A stretch of 62,940 nucleotides of DNA, counting the filler, from Reclinomonas americana ATCC 50394 (lineage: Eukaryota), in NCBI GenBank assembly GCA_048213135.1. It is 8 parts of 4 records of this genome, joined end to end, with 100 filler letters (N's around TTAATTAATTAA, not from the genome) between each part and the next. Parts side by side here need not be neighbours in the genome. Positions count along the whole stretch, not along the records: positions 12,420 to 25,497 come from PS015149.1; 7 more parts are not named here. The stretch is one strand, 5' to 3'. How positions within the stretch are numbered: position 1 is the first letter of the stretch; the number at the start of each line of letters is the position of its first letter. Below are positions 12,440 through 24,950 of this stretch, piece by piece. Below the pieces are notes generated by a model, which worked only from the letters and a program-made list of their open reading frames with translations, was not told where the DNA came from and did not search any database. Made by a program: the position numbers and the translations under genes.

Positions 12440-12990
12440 TGGAGCAGTCTCGTGCTGGAGATAGAAAGGGCGTGTGCTGTACGGAGACTGGAGAGTGGAT
12501 CAAGCTTTGCTAACTGGGAAATGGAGAAGGCTGGCTCGAGTTGTTCTGTAGCTTGGAGACGAGACTGTTGTTTCCAGAAAGAGAGAAGAAGAGAGAAGGC
12601 AAGCAGGAACTGGTATTCTGGCTCTGCGTGGAGAGTGGGCGTGTGCTTGTTGACTGAGGAAGTGAGAAGGCTGGCTCGAGTTGTTCTCTTGCTTGGAGAC
12701 GAGAGGCCAAGGGAGAAGGAAGAGGGTCGACAGGCTGCTGCTGTTGACTTGCTGACTGCACGGGGAGAAAAAGGAAACTGGAGCTGTTGTCGTGTTGGGA
12801 ATAGCGAGGGCTTGTGGTTGTCTTCCTGGGAGTGGAGAGTGGGTGTGTGTTGTGCTTTGTTGACTGAGGGAGAGAGAAGAGAAGCTGCTCTTGTGCTTGG
12901 AACAATGCGTGCGCTGGTGCTGCTGGTTGCAGAAGAGAAATGAAAGAGGAAGGCAGGCTCGAGTCGCTCTCTGGCTGCGTTCGCTGAGGA
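12440..12990. repeat. Degenerate tandem repeat, probably intronic
   Basis: gagaaggctggctcgagttgttct at ~12523 and ~12664; ggagagtggg.gtgtg...tgttgactgagg at ~12630 and ~12834. Confidence 0.7.
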
Positions 12991-13527
12991 AAGAGAGGGC
13001 ATGCAGAATTCAGTCGTTTACTTACCGGTGGTTGCTGGTTTGAGAGAGAGAGAGAGAGGAGGAGAGAGAGAGAGAGAGAGANNNNNNNNNNNNNNNNNNN
13101 NNNNNNNNNNNNNNNNNNNNNNNNNNNNNNNNNNNNNNNNNNNNNNNNNNNNNNNNNNNNNNNNNNNNNNNNNNNNNNNNNNNNNNNNNNNNNNNNNNNN
13201 NNNNNNNNNNNNNNNNNNNNNNNNNNNNNNNNNNNNNNNNNNNNNNNNNNNNNNNNNNNNNNNNNNNNNNNNNNNNNNNNNNNNNNNNNNNNNNNNNNNN
13301 NNNNNNNNNNNNNNNNNNNNNNNNNNNNNNNNNNNNNNNNNNNNNNNNNNNNNNNNNNNNNNNNNNNNNNNNNNNNNNNNNNNNNNNNNNNNNNNNNNNN
13401 NNNNNNNNNNNNNNNNNNNNNNNNNNNNNNNNNNNNNNNNNNAACGGGGAATAGAAGCCACAAAAATAGCGATCCAGACCCCTTTCCCTCATCACTCTTC
13501 CCCTTCCCTTCCTCCACCTCCACACAG

Positions 13528-13887
13528 CTCGGAAGCGTGCGACACGACTCGTACCTCGAGTCGCTAATGACACAGCCGCTGTACGCGGAGGAGGAGGTCG
13601 CACGGCTGCAGGAGCTGGATCAGCGCGTGTGCCAGTGGCTGGAGGAGGTGCAGGATCCAGATGTCGGCGACGCGCTGTCGCTGGCGGCCACCCACGCGGC
13701 GCTGTTGTACGACGATACCGGGTCGTTGCATGCGGCGGCGGATGCGTTGATGATGGAGGGTGGCGGTGATGCGGAGTCGCTGATGATGCTGCAGCAGCAG
13801 CAGCAGCAGCAGGGGAGTGGGGGGTGCGGGCTCGGCCACCAACACGGCCAGCGATGTCGGCACGTCACTGACGAATCCGTCCATTGA
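13528..13887 (+). CDS. Terminal exon of a hypothetical protein
   Basis: Strong pyrimidine tract and cacag acceptor, then a GC-rich ORF LGSVRHDSYLESLMTQPLYAEEEVARLQELDQRVCQWLEEV...poly-Q. Confidence 0.5.
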   Translation, partial: LGSVRHDSYLESLMTQPLYAEEEVARLQELDQRVCQWLEEVQDPDVGDALSLAATHAALLYDDTGSLHAAADALMMEGGGDAESLMMLQQQQQQQGSGGCGLGHQHGQRCRHVTDESVH

Positions 13888-14240
13888 CGGCCGGGCGTCG
13901 ACTCGCATGCAAGTCAGCGACGGAGGCGATGTGGAGGAGGAGGAGGGGGGAGGAGGAGGCGGATGTGGAGGTGGCGGCGGCGGATGAGAGAAGAGAAGAA
14001 GAAGCAGCTGGAGGAGCGGGAGATGGCGGCATGCAGATGGTGGATGTCGACGAGGAGGGGGGAGAGTTGCAGATGAGAATAGATCAGGCTCCAAACGATC
14101 CTGTGGAAGTATAGTACTGTGTACACATGTGTTTTGCAATCGTGGAGAGAATGTGGCCGGCCTCCGGGACCAGTATGATGCCAGCGCGTCAGGCGAATAG
14201 CAAGTCGGCAAGCCGCGCAACTAAACAGTGTACACGTGAT

Positions 14241-16425
14241 TTACAATATGTCATCGTCTGCTGTGCTGCCGCCGCCGCCACCTCTTCCCCCACCCGCCGT
14301 ACACAATAGCCGTCGAACCTCGGCGCAGTTGAGCGGCGCCGAAAATGCCTGTGGATCAAAGTATCGCACCTCCCTCGCCGACTGCGACACGGAACAGCAG
14401 AGACAACAGTAGGAGGCCATGCAGTCGCAGCAGGGTCGTTTCTGCGGTCGAGTGTGTTGGCGTTGAGAAGGGGATCGATCGATGGAGGCGAGGGAGCGAG
14501 GGTGAGTAAGACGCAACTCGGTACTTGAAGCGTTGGCGAAGCCAGCGTCGATTCCGGAAGTCGAGGTGGCACGTCACGCAGGGGAGGCAGAAGAAGCAGC
14601 AGACTGTGAGGGGGAGGAAGGGAGTGAGGGATAGGGGAAGGGCGAGGGAGAGAGAGAGAGGAGGAGAGGATGACAACTGGAAACTTCAAGAAAGAGACGG
14701 TCGCGCCTTTTTCATGCTCAATCGCAGATCGCACATCAGAGACAACACAATCACCTGAAAGAAGAAGGAAGAGGAGAAGAGAACAAGGCAGCTGTGAACA
14801 AAGCAAGCCAAGAGACAGAGGGAATGAAGATGAAGCCCAGAGAAAGGGGACGATCGCGCCTTTCTCATGCTCAATCACAGATCGCACATCAGAGACAACA
14901 CAATCACCTGAGAGAAGAAGGGAGAGAAGAAGAGAACAAGGCAGCTGTGAACAAAGCAAGCCAAGAGACAGAGGGAATGAAGATGAAGCCCAGAGAAAGG
15001 GGACAATCGCGCCTTTTTCATGCTCAATCACCGATCGCACATCAGAGACCGCATAATCACCTGAAAGAAGAAGGGAGAGAAAAGACGACCAAGACAGCTG
15101 TGAACAAACAAGCCAAGAGACAGCCGAATGAAGTGCAAAGAGCAAGAGACGAACGCGTCATCACGAATCGCATCAGAGACCGCAGAGTCACCTGAATCGA
15201 GCAAAGGAGGAAAGGAGAGAAGTAGACGACCAAGACAACTGAGGCAGAGCAAGCCAAGAGACAGCCAAATAAGCCCAGAAAAGAGACAATCGCGCCATTC
15301 TTATGCTCAATCACAGATCGCACATCAGACAGCATAATCACCTGAGAGAAGAAGAGAGCAAGACAGCTTTGAACGAGCAAGCCAAGAGACAGCCGAACGA
15401 GCTCAAAGAAAGAGACAATCGCGCCTAATCACCGGTCAATCGAGAGAAGAGGGAAGGGTGAGAAGAAGAGCAAGACGACTGAGACAGAGCAAGCCAAGAG
15501 ACAGCCAAATGAGCCAAGAGAAAAGAGACGATCGTGCCCATCTCATGCTCAATCACAGATCGCACATCAGAGACTGCATGATCACCTGAATCGAGCAAAG
15601 GAGAAGAAGACGATCAAGACAGAGGCAGAGCAAGCCAAGAGACAGCCGAACGAGCCCAGAAAAGAGACAATCGCGCCATTCTCATGCTCAATCACAGACG
15701 AGACCACTCTCACCACTCTATGCCTACACGCCTCGCTTGCTCTCTGCATGCCTCTCTCTCACTGTGGGCTCACTCCTTGCAGCTGGTACTGAGTAAGACT
15801 GCTTCAGGCGACAATCAAGTCGTCTTCTTCTCTGCCTCAGTCACCGTTGATCTCTCAGCTGGTTTAGTCGTTGCCTTGACTGCTTGAGTTGGCACTCAAG
15901 CAGTCTTCTTCTCTGCCTCAATCACCGTTGATCTCTCAGTCGGTTTAGTCGTCGCCTTGACTGCTCCATGTGACACTCAAACAGTCTTCTTCTCTCACTC
16001 AAACACCGTTGATCTCTCTTGCTCACTATCTCTCTCTCTCTCTGTGCGGTTGGTGCTTGCTTAGTCGTCGCCTTGGATGCTTCAGGCGACACTCAAGTCG
16101 TCGCCTTCTCTCTCTCTCTCTCCGTTCCCTTCCCATCTCTCTCCCTCCCTCCCTTCCCCTCTCCCTCTCACACTCAACTCGCCGAGCACAAATGATGCCT
16201 GGAGGCCGCCGGCAAATTCGTGATCCTCTCCTCTGTCTGCGCCACCGTGCACGGCGCACAACAGCACGCGCGCCAACACACACGCGCATCCATGCAGCAC
16301 CCGCACAACGAGGTCTCATACTCGTTGCTAAAGACAAATACTGATTGCGGCCGCCACGTGTCAAACAGCTTGCGGTAGTTGAAACGCGTGGGCGCAGCGA
16401 CAACTGCGCCCAGGTGGTCGCTCAT
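14241..16425 (-). CDS. PLAC8-family cysteine-rich protein (3 exons)
   Basis: YETSLCGCCMDARVCWRACCCAPCTVAQ ... ICCFFCLPC...RRWLRQRFKYR|KRPCCDCMASYCCLCCSVSQSAREV fits the PLAC8 pattern (CxCCxD..CPC ... CCxxCxxxQxxRE). Confidence 0.85.
14690..16110. repeat. Two degenerate tandem repeat arrays in the PLAC8 intron (153-bp unit at 14690-15700; ~80-bp unit at 15800-16110)
   Basis: cgcgccttt.tcatgctcaatc at 14702, 14855 and 15008; gtcttcttctctgcctca.tcaccgttgatctctcag repeated. Confidence 0.85.
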
Positions 16426-16579
16426 TGTGATATGAGAGAAGAAATGAGTTGTCCTCGAAGAACTGCAACGTTGAATGCTCGTGTTGGTACGCTCTGCAAG
16501 TCTGCCTCCCTCTCTCTCTCTCTCTCCATTTCTTGCTTTCTTTCTTCGATGCACACCATCGACAGAGGCATCAACTGCA

Positions 16580-17836
16580 ATGAAAACAATGATCGCGACG
16601 TCGTCGTCGACGTCGACATTGCTGTTGCTCACGTGTTGCAAGCTTGCGGCCGCTGATCCATCTGCGACCGCCGCTCCTAGTCCGCTTCCAGCTTTCGACT
16701 TGCTGCGAACGGACTTCCAGTGGACGTCGGAAGCTATATATAGACGCGTACGACGTCGATTCCTCGACAGCAACATGTGCATGCGTGTATGGGCGCTCAT
16801 TCTTGATCACCATGATTGGTGGCAGTGCACTGGCCAGGGCCTCGCCGGCTTCTGGTTGCAGCTCAAATTTGTTGGTGAAACTGCAGAGGACTGTAAAACT
16901 GCGTTTTCGTCTCCTCAATGAGCGTTTCTCGCGAACCTGCCGATGCACAGGCAGCTGTCAACCCTTTCCTTGAGCTGATCAGCAACAACAAGTTCTGGGT
17001 CCTGAGCGTGGTCCTCTTCGTCGTCGCTTGGATAGTGTGGTGTGCGTATGATTCTGATACACACACACACACACACGCACACACAAACACACACACATAC
17101 AAGCACATGCCCCTGCGCACGCTTGACCCTTACGTCACATCTCTGGCGCGCCTGCTCACGGTTACGAGTGTCATGCAGACAAGGTGACCGTTTGGCAAAG
17201 AGAGTCCGTGAGACTGAAGAAAATTCTTCGCGGCTTCATTAGCGTACGAGGGCATGACTGCCTTGCGAGTTGCGTTGCGCATATGCTTGCGCGTGACCTC
17301 GTGTGCGAAGGAACTCACGTGCATGCACGCACACACACACACACACATTCCACGTCTGCTGTTCGTGCTGCGCAGTGATCAGAAGCTACACCCAATCTCA
17401 GGCGTCCACGTTTCGCCGAGTGAACGTCGCCGGGCAACCGGAAGCCTATGAACCTGAGTTTCAAGTGTGCTATCACTTTGCGGAAGTAATGCAGGATGCG
17501 CTTGATTGCGCTTTTGAAAACGAGTGGCGGATTTGCTACCTAGGCCTCTGCGGCAGCATTGAGCGCCAGACGCTCGACATCACTGTGGAGGCCATCAAGA
17601 CCGCCATGCCAGAAGACGCCTGGGGAATTTGGTGCTCGGCCTTGGATCCACCTGCGGCCGCTGGTCCGCCCGCGGTCCCTGGTCCGCACGCAGTCGCTGG
17701 TCCGCCCGCACCCACTTCTCGTCCAACTTTAGACCAGCTGCGAGTGGAATTGCACGCGGAAGTTAGGCAATTCCTCGACGGCAACTACATGTTCGCGTAC
17801 CGCCGCGGTGTTCTCAATCGCATCGGTAATCCGTGA
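16580..17836 (+). CDS. Hypothetical spliced membrane protein
   Basis: ORF segments joinable by GT-AG introns, one hydrophobic helix (FWVLSVVLFVVAWIVW), last exon IRSYTQ...GVLNRIGNP; no family recognised. Confidence 0.4.
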
Positions 17837-18237
17837 CAGTCAGCTGACCAGCAGTACTTGGCACGTCGACAGTAACGAAAGACATTGATTATGCTGTTTT
17901 GTGAGTCGCATTGAACACAGAACAGCTGCAGTATTCGGTTCTCTTGGTGACCCTCTGATACTCCTGCAACTGCACGGAAGATGTGGTGTCCGCCATTAAC
18001 AAAGACTCGTCGACTCGAAGCAGAACGATCAAAACTCAGCACGAGCTCGTCGGCGTTCGCGCGCAGTCATTTGTCTGTAATTGACATCAACAGTACACTC
18101 AAGGTGTAATCATCATAATCAACGGTCTGATTCATCAGCGGTACGTTCGCGCAAGTGGTAGCACCCCTTGCATAAGTACGGCCGACATTGAATAGTTCCG
18201 GAAAAGACAGAAAGAGTTGCTGTGAGACACAAACAAC

Positions 18238-18936
18238 ATGCGACAGCAGGTATGCGCTGCCTTATTCAACCGGACTCGCCGGTGGACTCGCCGGCGGGGT
18301 CGTGCGGCGATTTCGAACTTCTGCGAATTCCTGTCCACAACTCCCCAATGGCGACAGGCTCTTGCTGGGCTGCAGTTCTTCAGCCTGTCGCTGCTGCGCT
18401 GCCTCGACTTCTGGCCATTGAACACGGAGAAACCGCTCGAGTGCCTCGAAACACCCAGCGCGTTCGGCTTCGTAGATCAGCTGCACTGGTCGAACGTCCA
18501 GCAGCCTGGTCAGAAAGCTGGGTGCGTGGACACTGGTGATGAAGACCAGTTCACGGTAGTAATCCTCGTATGCTTTGAGGAGGAGAAAGTTGAAATCGGA
18601 CTTGTCTTGTACCGAGATGGTTACTGTTGGCGAGGACCAGAACTTGCCTGCATCGGGGTGAATGAGCACACGCAAGACACGGTTGTGCAAACAGAAAATC
18701 ACCTCACCAATGGTATTCGTCAGCTTGGTGGTGTACTTCGTGATCAGACGCAACGCCACCTCCCCACGGCCATCTGGATCTGGCCAGCTGCAAACTTGGT
18801 CTATCGCTGTGTGCGAGAAGCAAATTTAGACACGTCTGCCACTGTCATGATGTACATGTGCCCCACTTTCTCCGAGAGGAGCCGAGAGAGGTTTACGTGT
18901 GTGCAAAGTGTACACAGAGAACTGAAGTCTTTCTGA
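18238..18936 (+). CDS. Intronless 232-aa hypothetical ORF, possibly a decayed DDE transposase
   Basis: Long ORF; the same frame extends upstream through stop codons; weak resemblance to pogo-type DDE_1 motifs. Confidence 0.3.
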   Translation: MRQQVCAALFNRTRRWTRRRGRAAISNFCEFLSTTPQWRQALAGLQFFSLSLLRCLDFWPLNTEKPLECLETPSAFGFVDQLHWSNVQQPGQKAGCVDTGDEDQFTVVILVCFEEEKVEIGLVLYRDGYCWRGPELACIGVNEHTQDTVVQTENHLTNGIRQLGGVLRDQTQRHLPTAIWIWPAANLVYRCVREANLDTSATVMMYMCPTFSERSRERFTCVQSVHRELKSF

Positions 18937-19764
18937 CTCGACTGACAACAACAGAGGATGATACACGCAAGTCGGTCAGAGTGTGCGACCACTTGTGGTC
19001 ATGTGTTACACAATGACATAACTCACCAGCAGTAGATGCAGTCGTCAGCGAGCTCACAACCTCATTCGATGCCACAGTCACAGCCATGACTGCGAGAGCG
19101 CGCAAAAAAGTGTGAGTGATGGCGGTTGGCGCCGTTACACACACACGCACACGCACACACACACACACACACGCACACACACACAAACACACGCACACAC
19201 ACACTTCCCTACAACGCCACAAGAACTGTGATGTAACTCACCTCTACAAGCACGCAGTCTATCTTCGCGTTACGAAGAACTTGAAAATCATGTCACCAAA
19301 CGTCCACCCGACCAATTGATCATCAATCTCGGACAAACGCCCCCGCGAACCCCGGTGCAAGCCCCGAATATGAGACGCATGGCGTTGTCGCGCAACACGT
19401 GCTGCTGCGACGGAGCAAAGTGAGGAATGAGGCGCGAGTTGATACGTTTTCAAGTCCACTTGATGGTCCGATGCATCCGGATCATGGACACTGTCCACGG
19501 TCCGGTCCATGCCAAGTGGTCCTGGTCCATTCATGGACACTCAGTGGACTGTCCTTGGCGTCCATCCACTGCCCATCATCTATGCTCTATACCGTGCCCC
19601 CGCCCCGCCCCGCCCCGCCCCCCGCCCCCCACCACGCACATACAGCAACCATCGCAGCGTCTGTTTCACTCAAGTACCTCTCCAACAACAATACACCATT
19701 CTCGCTCACACACTTCCTCACTGAACGACATGCAGGCACACTGGAAAGCAATATGCCTCCCTCC

Positions 19765-21016
19765 TTACCGTCCACGCTTGCTCGCCGGCGCCTTCCTCTC
19801 ACCTTCGAATTCCTCCTCGTCGTGCTCCTCATCCTCGTCATCGGCATCGACACCACTCAGTACTAGGTGTCTCCCTGCATGATCACGGCAGTGAGCGACA
19901 CAAGCACTTGACGTGGTGAGAACGCCAAAGAGTGGAAGACGTCGGAGTGCGGAGAGCAGACGACAACGTACGGACAGAGAAAGGAACAGAGTTCAAGAGG
20001 CAGGTGCAGCGCGGGCCATCAGAGATACAGCACGTGCCAGGAGAGATGAAGGACGATTCAGCGTGGCACAGGCACAAAGCAGAGAGAATGCAGGCGACAT
20101 GGAGAGGAAACAAGAACGAGCACAAGACAGAGTGATGCCACATGCGAGCTGACTCACCGCAATGCATCTGGTGACAAACTGTGCGCGTCATGCTTCTGCA
20201 GATCGTCAAGCAGCTCCGCGGAACCGAGTCGCATCGCGGTGGACGACAGCGGCTGCGGCCCTGTAAGGGGAGAGAACAGCACGCGTCACCGGAAGAACTC
20301 AGTGTGAGAACAGTGCATCAGCGGCCACACTGCGCAACAACAGAACACCTGAAGCACGGCGGAGGGGCTGTGCATGCTTCCCATCGAGTAACGACGCGGC
20401 GACTGCAAGGGCAGATGTGAGAGAGTGATAGCGAGAGATTGAGATAAGGAAACACGACACAGGCATCATCAATCAGGCGACGCACCACCGAGAATCCAAC
20501 AACGCTATGCCAACATGGCATGGCACATGGTAGCAGCCATCACCACCACCATCATACCTTGCATGGTTGTCTCTGAGGGCAGCAGCAGAGGATGGAGGAT
20601 CATGGAATCCCGCGCGCGAGCAACCCGCGTGTGGAAAGCAAACACCCCCACACGCACCAACAACGAACACGCACACTTTCGCGCAAGCACAACCCCACAC
20701 ACACCCATGACACCCACACTCACAAGAAATGATCCAACGCGTCGCGTCGGGGCACTTTTGTTGCGACATGGCGCACACACAAGCGCCATCATCATCACCA
20801 GACAACTCACTCCACAGCCGTCTCACCACTGCTGGCGACGACGCGGCGTGTATTCTCGTGTGTGGACGCGCCTCCTCTGAGAGCGAGTAGAGGCGCTGCG
20901 CGGTGGTGACGTGTGTGTGGTGGTCTCATAGAGAGTGCGGAGCGTGTGTGTGTTCTCTCTTGCCTGACTCCACGCACTCGCTGACTGTGGTGGCGACGGT
21001 GGTCATTGCGGTACAT
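19765..21016 (-). CDS. Hypothetical multi-exon protein with acidic/basic C-terminus
   Basis: Several minus-strand exons bounded by pyrimidine-AG/GT (SPRRYSMGSMHSPSAVLQ; PQPLSSTAMRLGSAELLDDLQK; HLVLSGVDADDEDEEHDEEEFEGERKAPASKRGR*). The start is uncertain. Confidence 0.4.
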
Positions 21017-21444
21017 GCGGCGCACGCGGGGAGGCGACTCGAGTGCGCGGGCTTCGCTCACAAACACGCAGGGAGTGGATATTTCGGCCTATTTCCGCTT
21101 CCGTCGGTCGTCTGAATCGACCGACTTTGCATGGACACGACCACCAATGGACTGCTGTGTACCGGACCACTGTCCATGCACTGTCCATGGACAAAAAATC
21201 GCAGGGCCTGTAGCGCGCGGCATTCGGTCAGGGATATCGCGTTTTTCTCTCGTCAGCGAATCGGTCTCCTTCCGCGTAGACGGGTGCGCTGCGTAGCACA
21301 CAGGTATATGGTGGCACGTTCGCATGCTTTGCGTGTTGACATCATTTCACTGCAGCTTGGTCTGATCACGCACTTGCAGCATTCCGTGGCTTCAAAAACA
21401 CATCAACGAGCAGCCACCAACACTGCCGCCGGAACAGCAGCTCG

Positions 21445-22522
21445 TCACTCCTGGTCAAACAGCCGAGCTGCATTCTTGACCACTGCGTCGGCGTGGTTGG
21501 ATGTGAGGTGGCGCAAGAACGCACTTCGCTGACCCGACCAGGAGCATTTCGGTGCCGGACATGTGCAGCTCATCATGGGGCAAACATCGTAGTGGCCCAC
21601 CAAGCCGCCGCGCGTGAGACCCGCCGAACCGCATCCGCGAGGACAGGTGACGGGCAGCTGCGACACCGCTCGGCGAACGGCAAGGTTGGGAGAAGCCTTC
21701 ACGGTCTTGCCATCAGATCGGCACATCGGGCAGGAACGCGTCTGCGAGACAAGACTCGCAGCGCACCCGGAGCACATGATGCTCCCGCAGCAGTTCGCAC
21801 TCATGGCATCGCCAGGAGGCTGCGTGCAAACGCAGCACGACAAGAGACTCTCGATACCGACAGTCGCGGGGCCACCAGGTGTCGGCGAGGCCTGGGTTGC
21901 GGATATGGATGCCGGGTTCATGCTGGGCTGCGTTTGGGCAGAGGACGGCCTGTTGCCGCCAGCAGTGGCCGGTTTCGGCGGCGGCGCACTGGGCGCGGGG
22001 GATGCCGGTGCTGCCGGCGCACGTGGCGGACGTGGCTCCTTCGCCGGCTGGCGTTCGGTGGTCGTCGGTTGAGCCGACCCCCGCTTGCCGCCACCGCCAC
22101 GCCCACCGCCGCGGCCTCGTTGTCCAGAACCACGACCGCGACTGCCACTCGCGTTCGAGCCGCCAGCTGTCGCACTGTCGCCGTCTGCGTGCTCGAGGAT
22201 ATGCGCGAGAACAACAATCAAATTCGAACGCGGCCAGCACTCACCGTCAACATCCTCATAGGCGTCGTAATCCTGCAGTGGTAAGAGGGCACGCCATAGA
22301 GATTAGAAAAGACGTGTGTCTGGGGAGCAAACACATCATGCGCCTCACCGGAAAGCACGCGTTGCACACGTCCCAGCGACACTGTTGACAGTGGTGCACG
22401 CCGGCGCTCTTGAACTCGCCACGCTGAATGCCACCCTTGCAAACATCGCAAGTAATTGTGGCGTCCTTGACATACGGACTCTGTCGCAGAAGAGACAGCT
22501 TGTGGCCTAACGGGCACGACAT
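21445..22522 (-). CDS. RING finger protein with N-terminal ZZ-like finger and C-terminal TRAF/Sina-type zinc fingers (putative E3 ligase)
   Basis: MSCPLGHKL..CDVC..HCQQCRWDVCNAC; RING-like CCVC..CCGSIMCSGC..CPMCR; NLAVRRAVSQLPVTCPRGC..HYDVCP..CPAPKCSWSG..HLTSNH. Confidence 0.85.
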
Positions 22523-24216
22523 GAGTGACACAATAAGAAGCGCGCAGAACAGTTCGCGCGAGCACAAAAACGTGTCCACCGGTACCCGCCAACATCTTCA
22601 GTTCTACAATGGCCAAGAAGCAAATATGGCGGTGCCGTACTAACCTTATGTTAGCCGCGGCGCTTGTGCGGCGAAAGCACAGGTAAACCCCAGTCACTTT
22701 CGAATTCGAATTCGTGTTTTTTTCGATTACATTTCAGAATCCATGAAACCTGTCTCCCCGTCATAGCAGCGCCCGTCTGAGATCAGTGCAAACCCACCCA
22801 CAATGCAGCACAGCCGCCACCGGCCATGGGAAACCCACTTCGATATTTGATGATTACGGAGGGTTACCGCGTCGTTTTCATCGCGGTAGCCCTTGCAACG
22901 ACCAACACATAATCACATATCGGACGCGGCGCGAAGAGCGGTGTTCTCTCACAGACGCGCAACGCACAATCGCTCGGGGTTCTCGCGCAAGTCCAGTGCG
23001 CGCAACTTCAATCCGCACACACACACTGCGCGCGCGACTCTGTTTCTGTGTCTGTGTGTGTCTGATTTTCGACCGAGTGAAAGAGCAACGAGGGAGGCAG
23101 GCGCATCACGATGGAGCAGAACTCTGGTTGCGTTCAGACACACACACGCACGTGCACACGCAACACACACACACNNNNNNNNNNNNNNNNNNNNNNNNNN
23201 NNNNNNNNNNNNNNNNNNNNNNNNNNNNNNNNNNNNNNNNNNNNNNNNNNNNNNNNNNNNNNNNNNNNNNNNNNNNNNNNNNNNNNNNNNNNNNNNNNNN
23301 NNNNNNNNNNNNNNNNNNNNNNNNNNNNNNNNNNNNNNNNNNNNNNNNNNNNNNNNNNNNNNNNNNNNNNNNNNNNNNNNNNNNNNNNNNNNNNNNNNNN
23401 NNNNNNNNNNNNNNNNNNNNNNNNNNNNNNNNNNNNNNNNNNNNNNNNNNNNNNNNNNNNNNNNNNNNNNNNNNNNNNNNNNNNNNNNNNNNNNNNNNNN
23501 NNNNNNNNNNNNNNNNNNNNNNNNNNNNNNNNNNNNNNNNNNNNNNNNNNNNNNNNNNNNNNNNNNNNNNNNNNNNNNNNNNNNNNNNNNNNNNNNNNNN
23601 NNNNNNNNNNNNNNNNNNNNNNNNNNNNNNNNNNNNNNNNNNNNNNNNNNNNNNNNNNNNNNNNNNNNNNNNNNNNNNNNNNNNNNNNNNNNNNNNNNNN
23701 NNNNNNNNNNNNNNNNNNNNNNNNNNNNNNNNNNNNNNNNNNNNNNNNNNNNNNNNNNNNNNNNNNNNNNNNNNNNNNNNNNNNNNNNNNNNNNNNNNNN
23801 NNNNNNNNNNNNNNNNNNNNNNNNNNNNNNNNNNNNNNNNNNNNNNNNNNNNNNNNNNNNNNNNNNNNNNNNNNNNNNNNNNNNNNNNNNNNNNNNNNNN
23901 NNNNNNNNNNNNNNNNNNNNNNNNNNNNNNNNNNNNNNNNNNNNNNNNNNNNNNNNNNNNNNNNNNNNNNNNNNNNNNNNNNNNNNNNNNNNNNNNNNNN
24001 NNNNNNNNNNNNNNNNNNNNNNNNNNNNNNNNNNNNNNNNNNNNNNNNNNNNNNNNNNNNNNNNNNNNNNNNNNNNNNNNNNNNNNNNNNNNNNNNNNNN
24101 NNNNNNNNNNNNNNNNNNNNNNNNNNNNNNNNNNNNNNNNNNNNNNNNNNNNNNNNNNNGAGAGTGAGTGCGTCTAACATGGCGCCATTGTCACCCCCCC
24201 ACACACACACACGCAG

Positions 24217-24950
24217 ACCTCTTCTCCAGCACGCCCTTCCGCAACCGACGATGGGCGCTAACCCCGCTCGGCAGCGCCCTCGGCAACCACCAAAACAACA
24301 CCGCCAGTCGACTGGGCTTCCGCGTCAACGCCGTCGACGTTGACGACTATGGCGACACTGGAACAGCAATACCACCGCCGCCGCTGCCGGACCTGCCGCC
24401 GAGCCTGCAGGACGTGCTGCACGAGCGCGTGCGCACGAGTGTATCGCCGCTGTCATCGCCGACCGCCGTCGATCCCGTCACGCCATTCCAANNNNNNNNN
24501 NNNNNNNNNNNTTCGGAAATGGCAACAACATGATGACTGATGTGGGAAGCTCGCCGCCAATGCCGGCTCCGCTGGTGACGGCGCGTCCTCCGTCGCGCTC
24601 GGGCGGTCCTATGAACTCGGGAGCGCGAAGTCTGTTTGGGGAGCGATTTGGACTTCGCGATGCGAATGATTTGTCCTCGGAGGCCTCTGAGCGCAGTGTG
24701 AGTCGCATGTCGTCGGCGTCGCCCATGCCCATGGCGCTGCGACCGCCTCCGCCTTCTGCGTATAAGGATGCGGGAGGGAATGAGGCGGGCGATGGAGGGA
24801 GTGGGGGAGCAGTGGGAGCGGCGGTGCGGACGCTGGCCATGGTGCGGGCGGATCGGATGCGATCGTCGCTCGATGCGCCGCCCGTGCGCGCGTTCTCGCC
24901 GGCTGCGGTGGCGGTGGATAACAATCTTCCGTTGTATGATGTGTTCTCAG
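24217..24950 (+). CDS. Internal exon of a low-complexity Ser/Pro-rich hypothetical protein
   Basis: cacgcag acceptor, GC-rich open frame on both sides of a short N gap, donor gtgagg at 24951. Confidence 0.45.

Noticed and set aside
19753-19866. Plus-strand short ORF with a hydrophobic helix (FEFLLVVLLILVIGI)
   Set aside because: It is the antisense shadow of the acidic last exon (DADDEDEEHDEEEFE) of the minus-strand gene.
22698-22714. ttcgaattcgaattcg as a heat-shock element
   Set aside because: The GAA/TTC units lack the 2-nt spacing of nGAAnnTTCn, and there is no other support.
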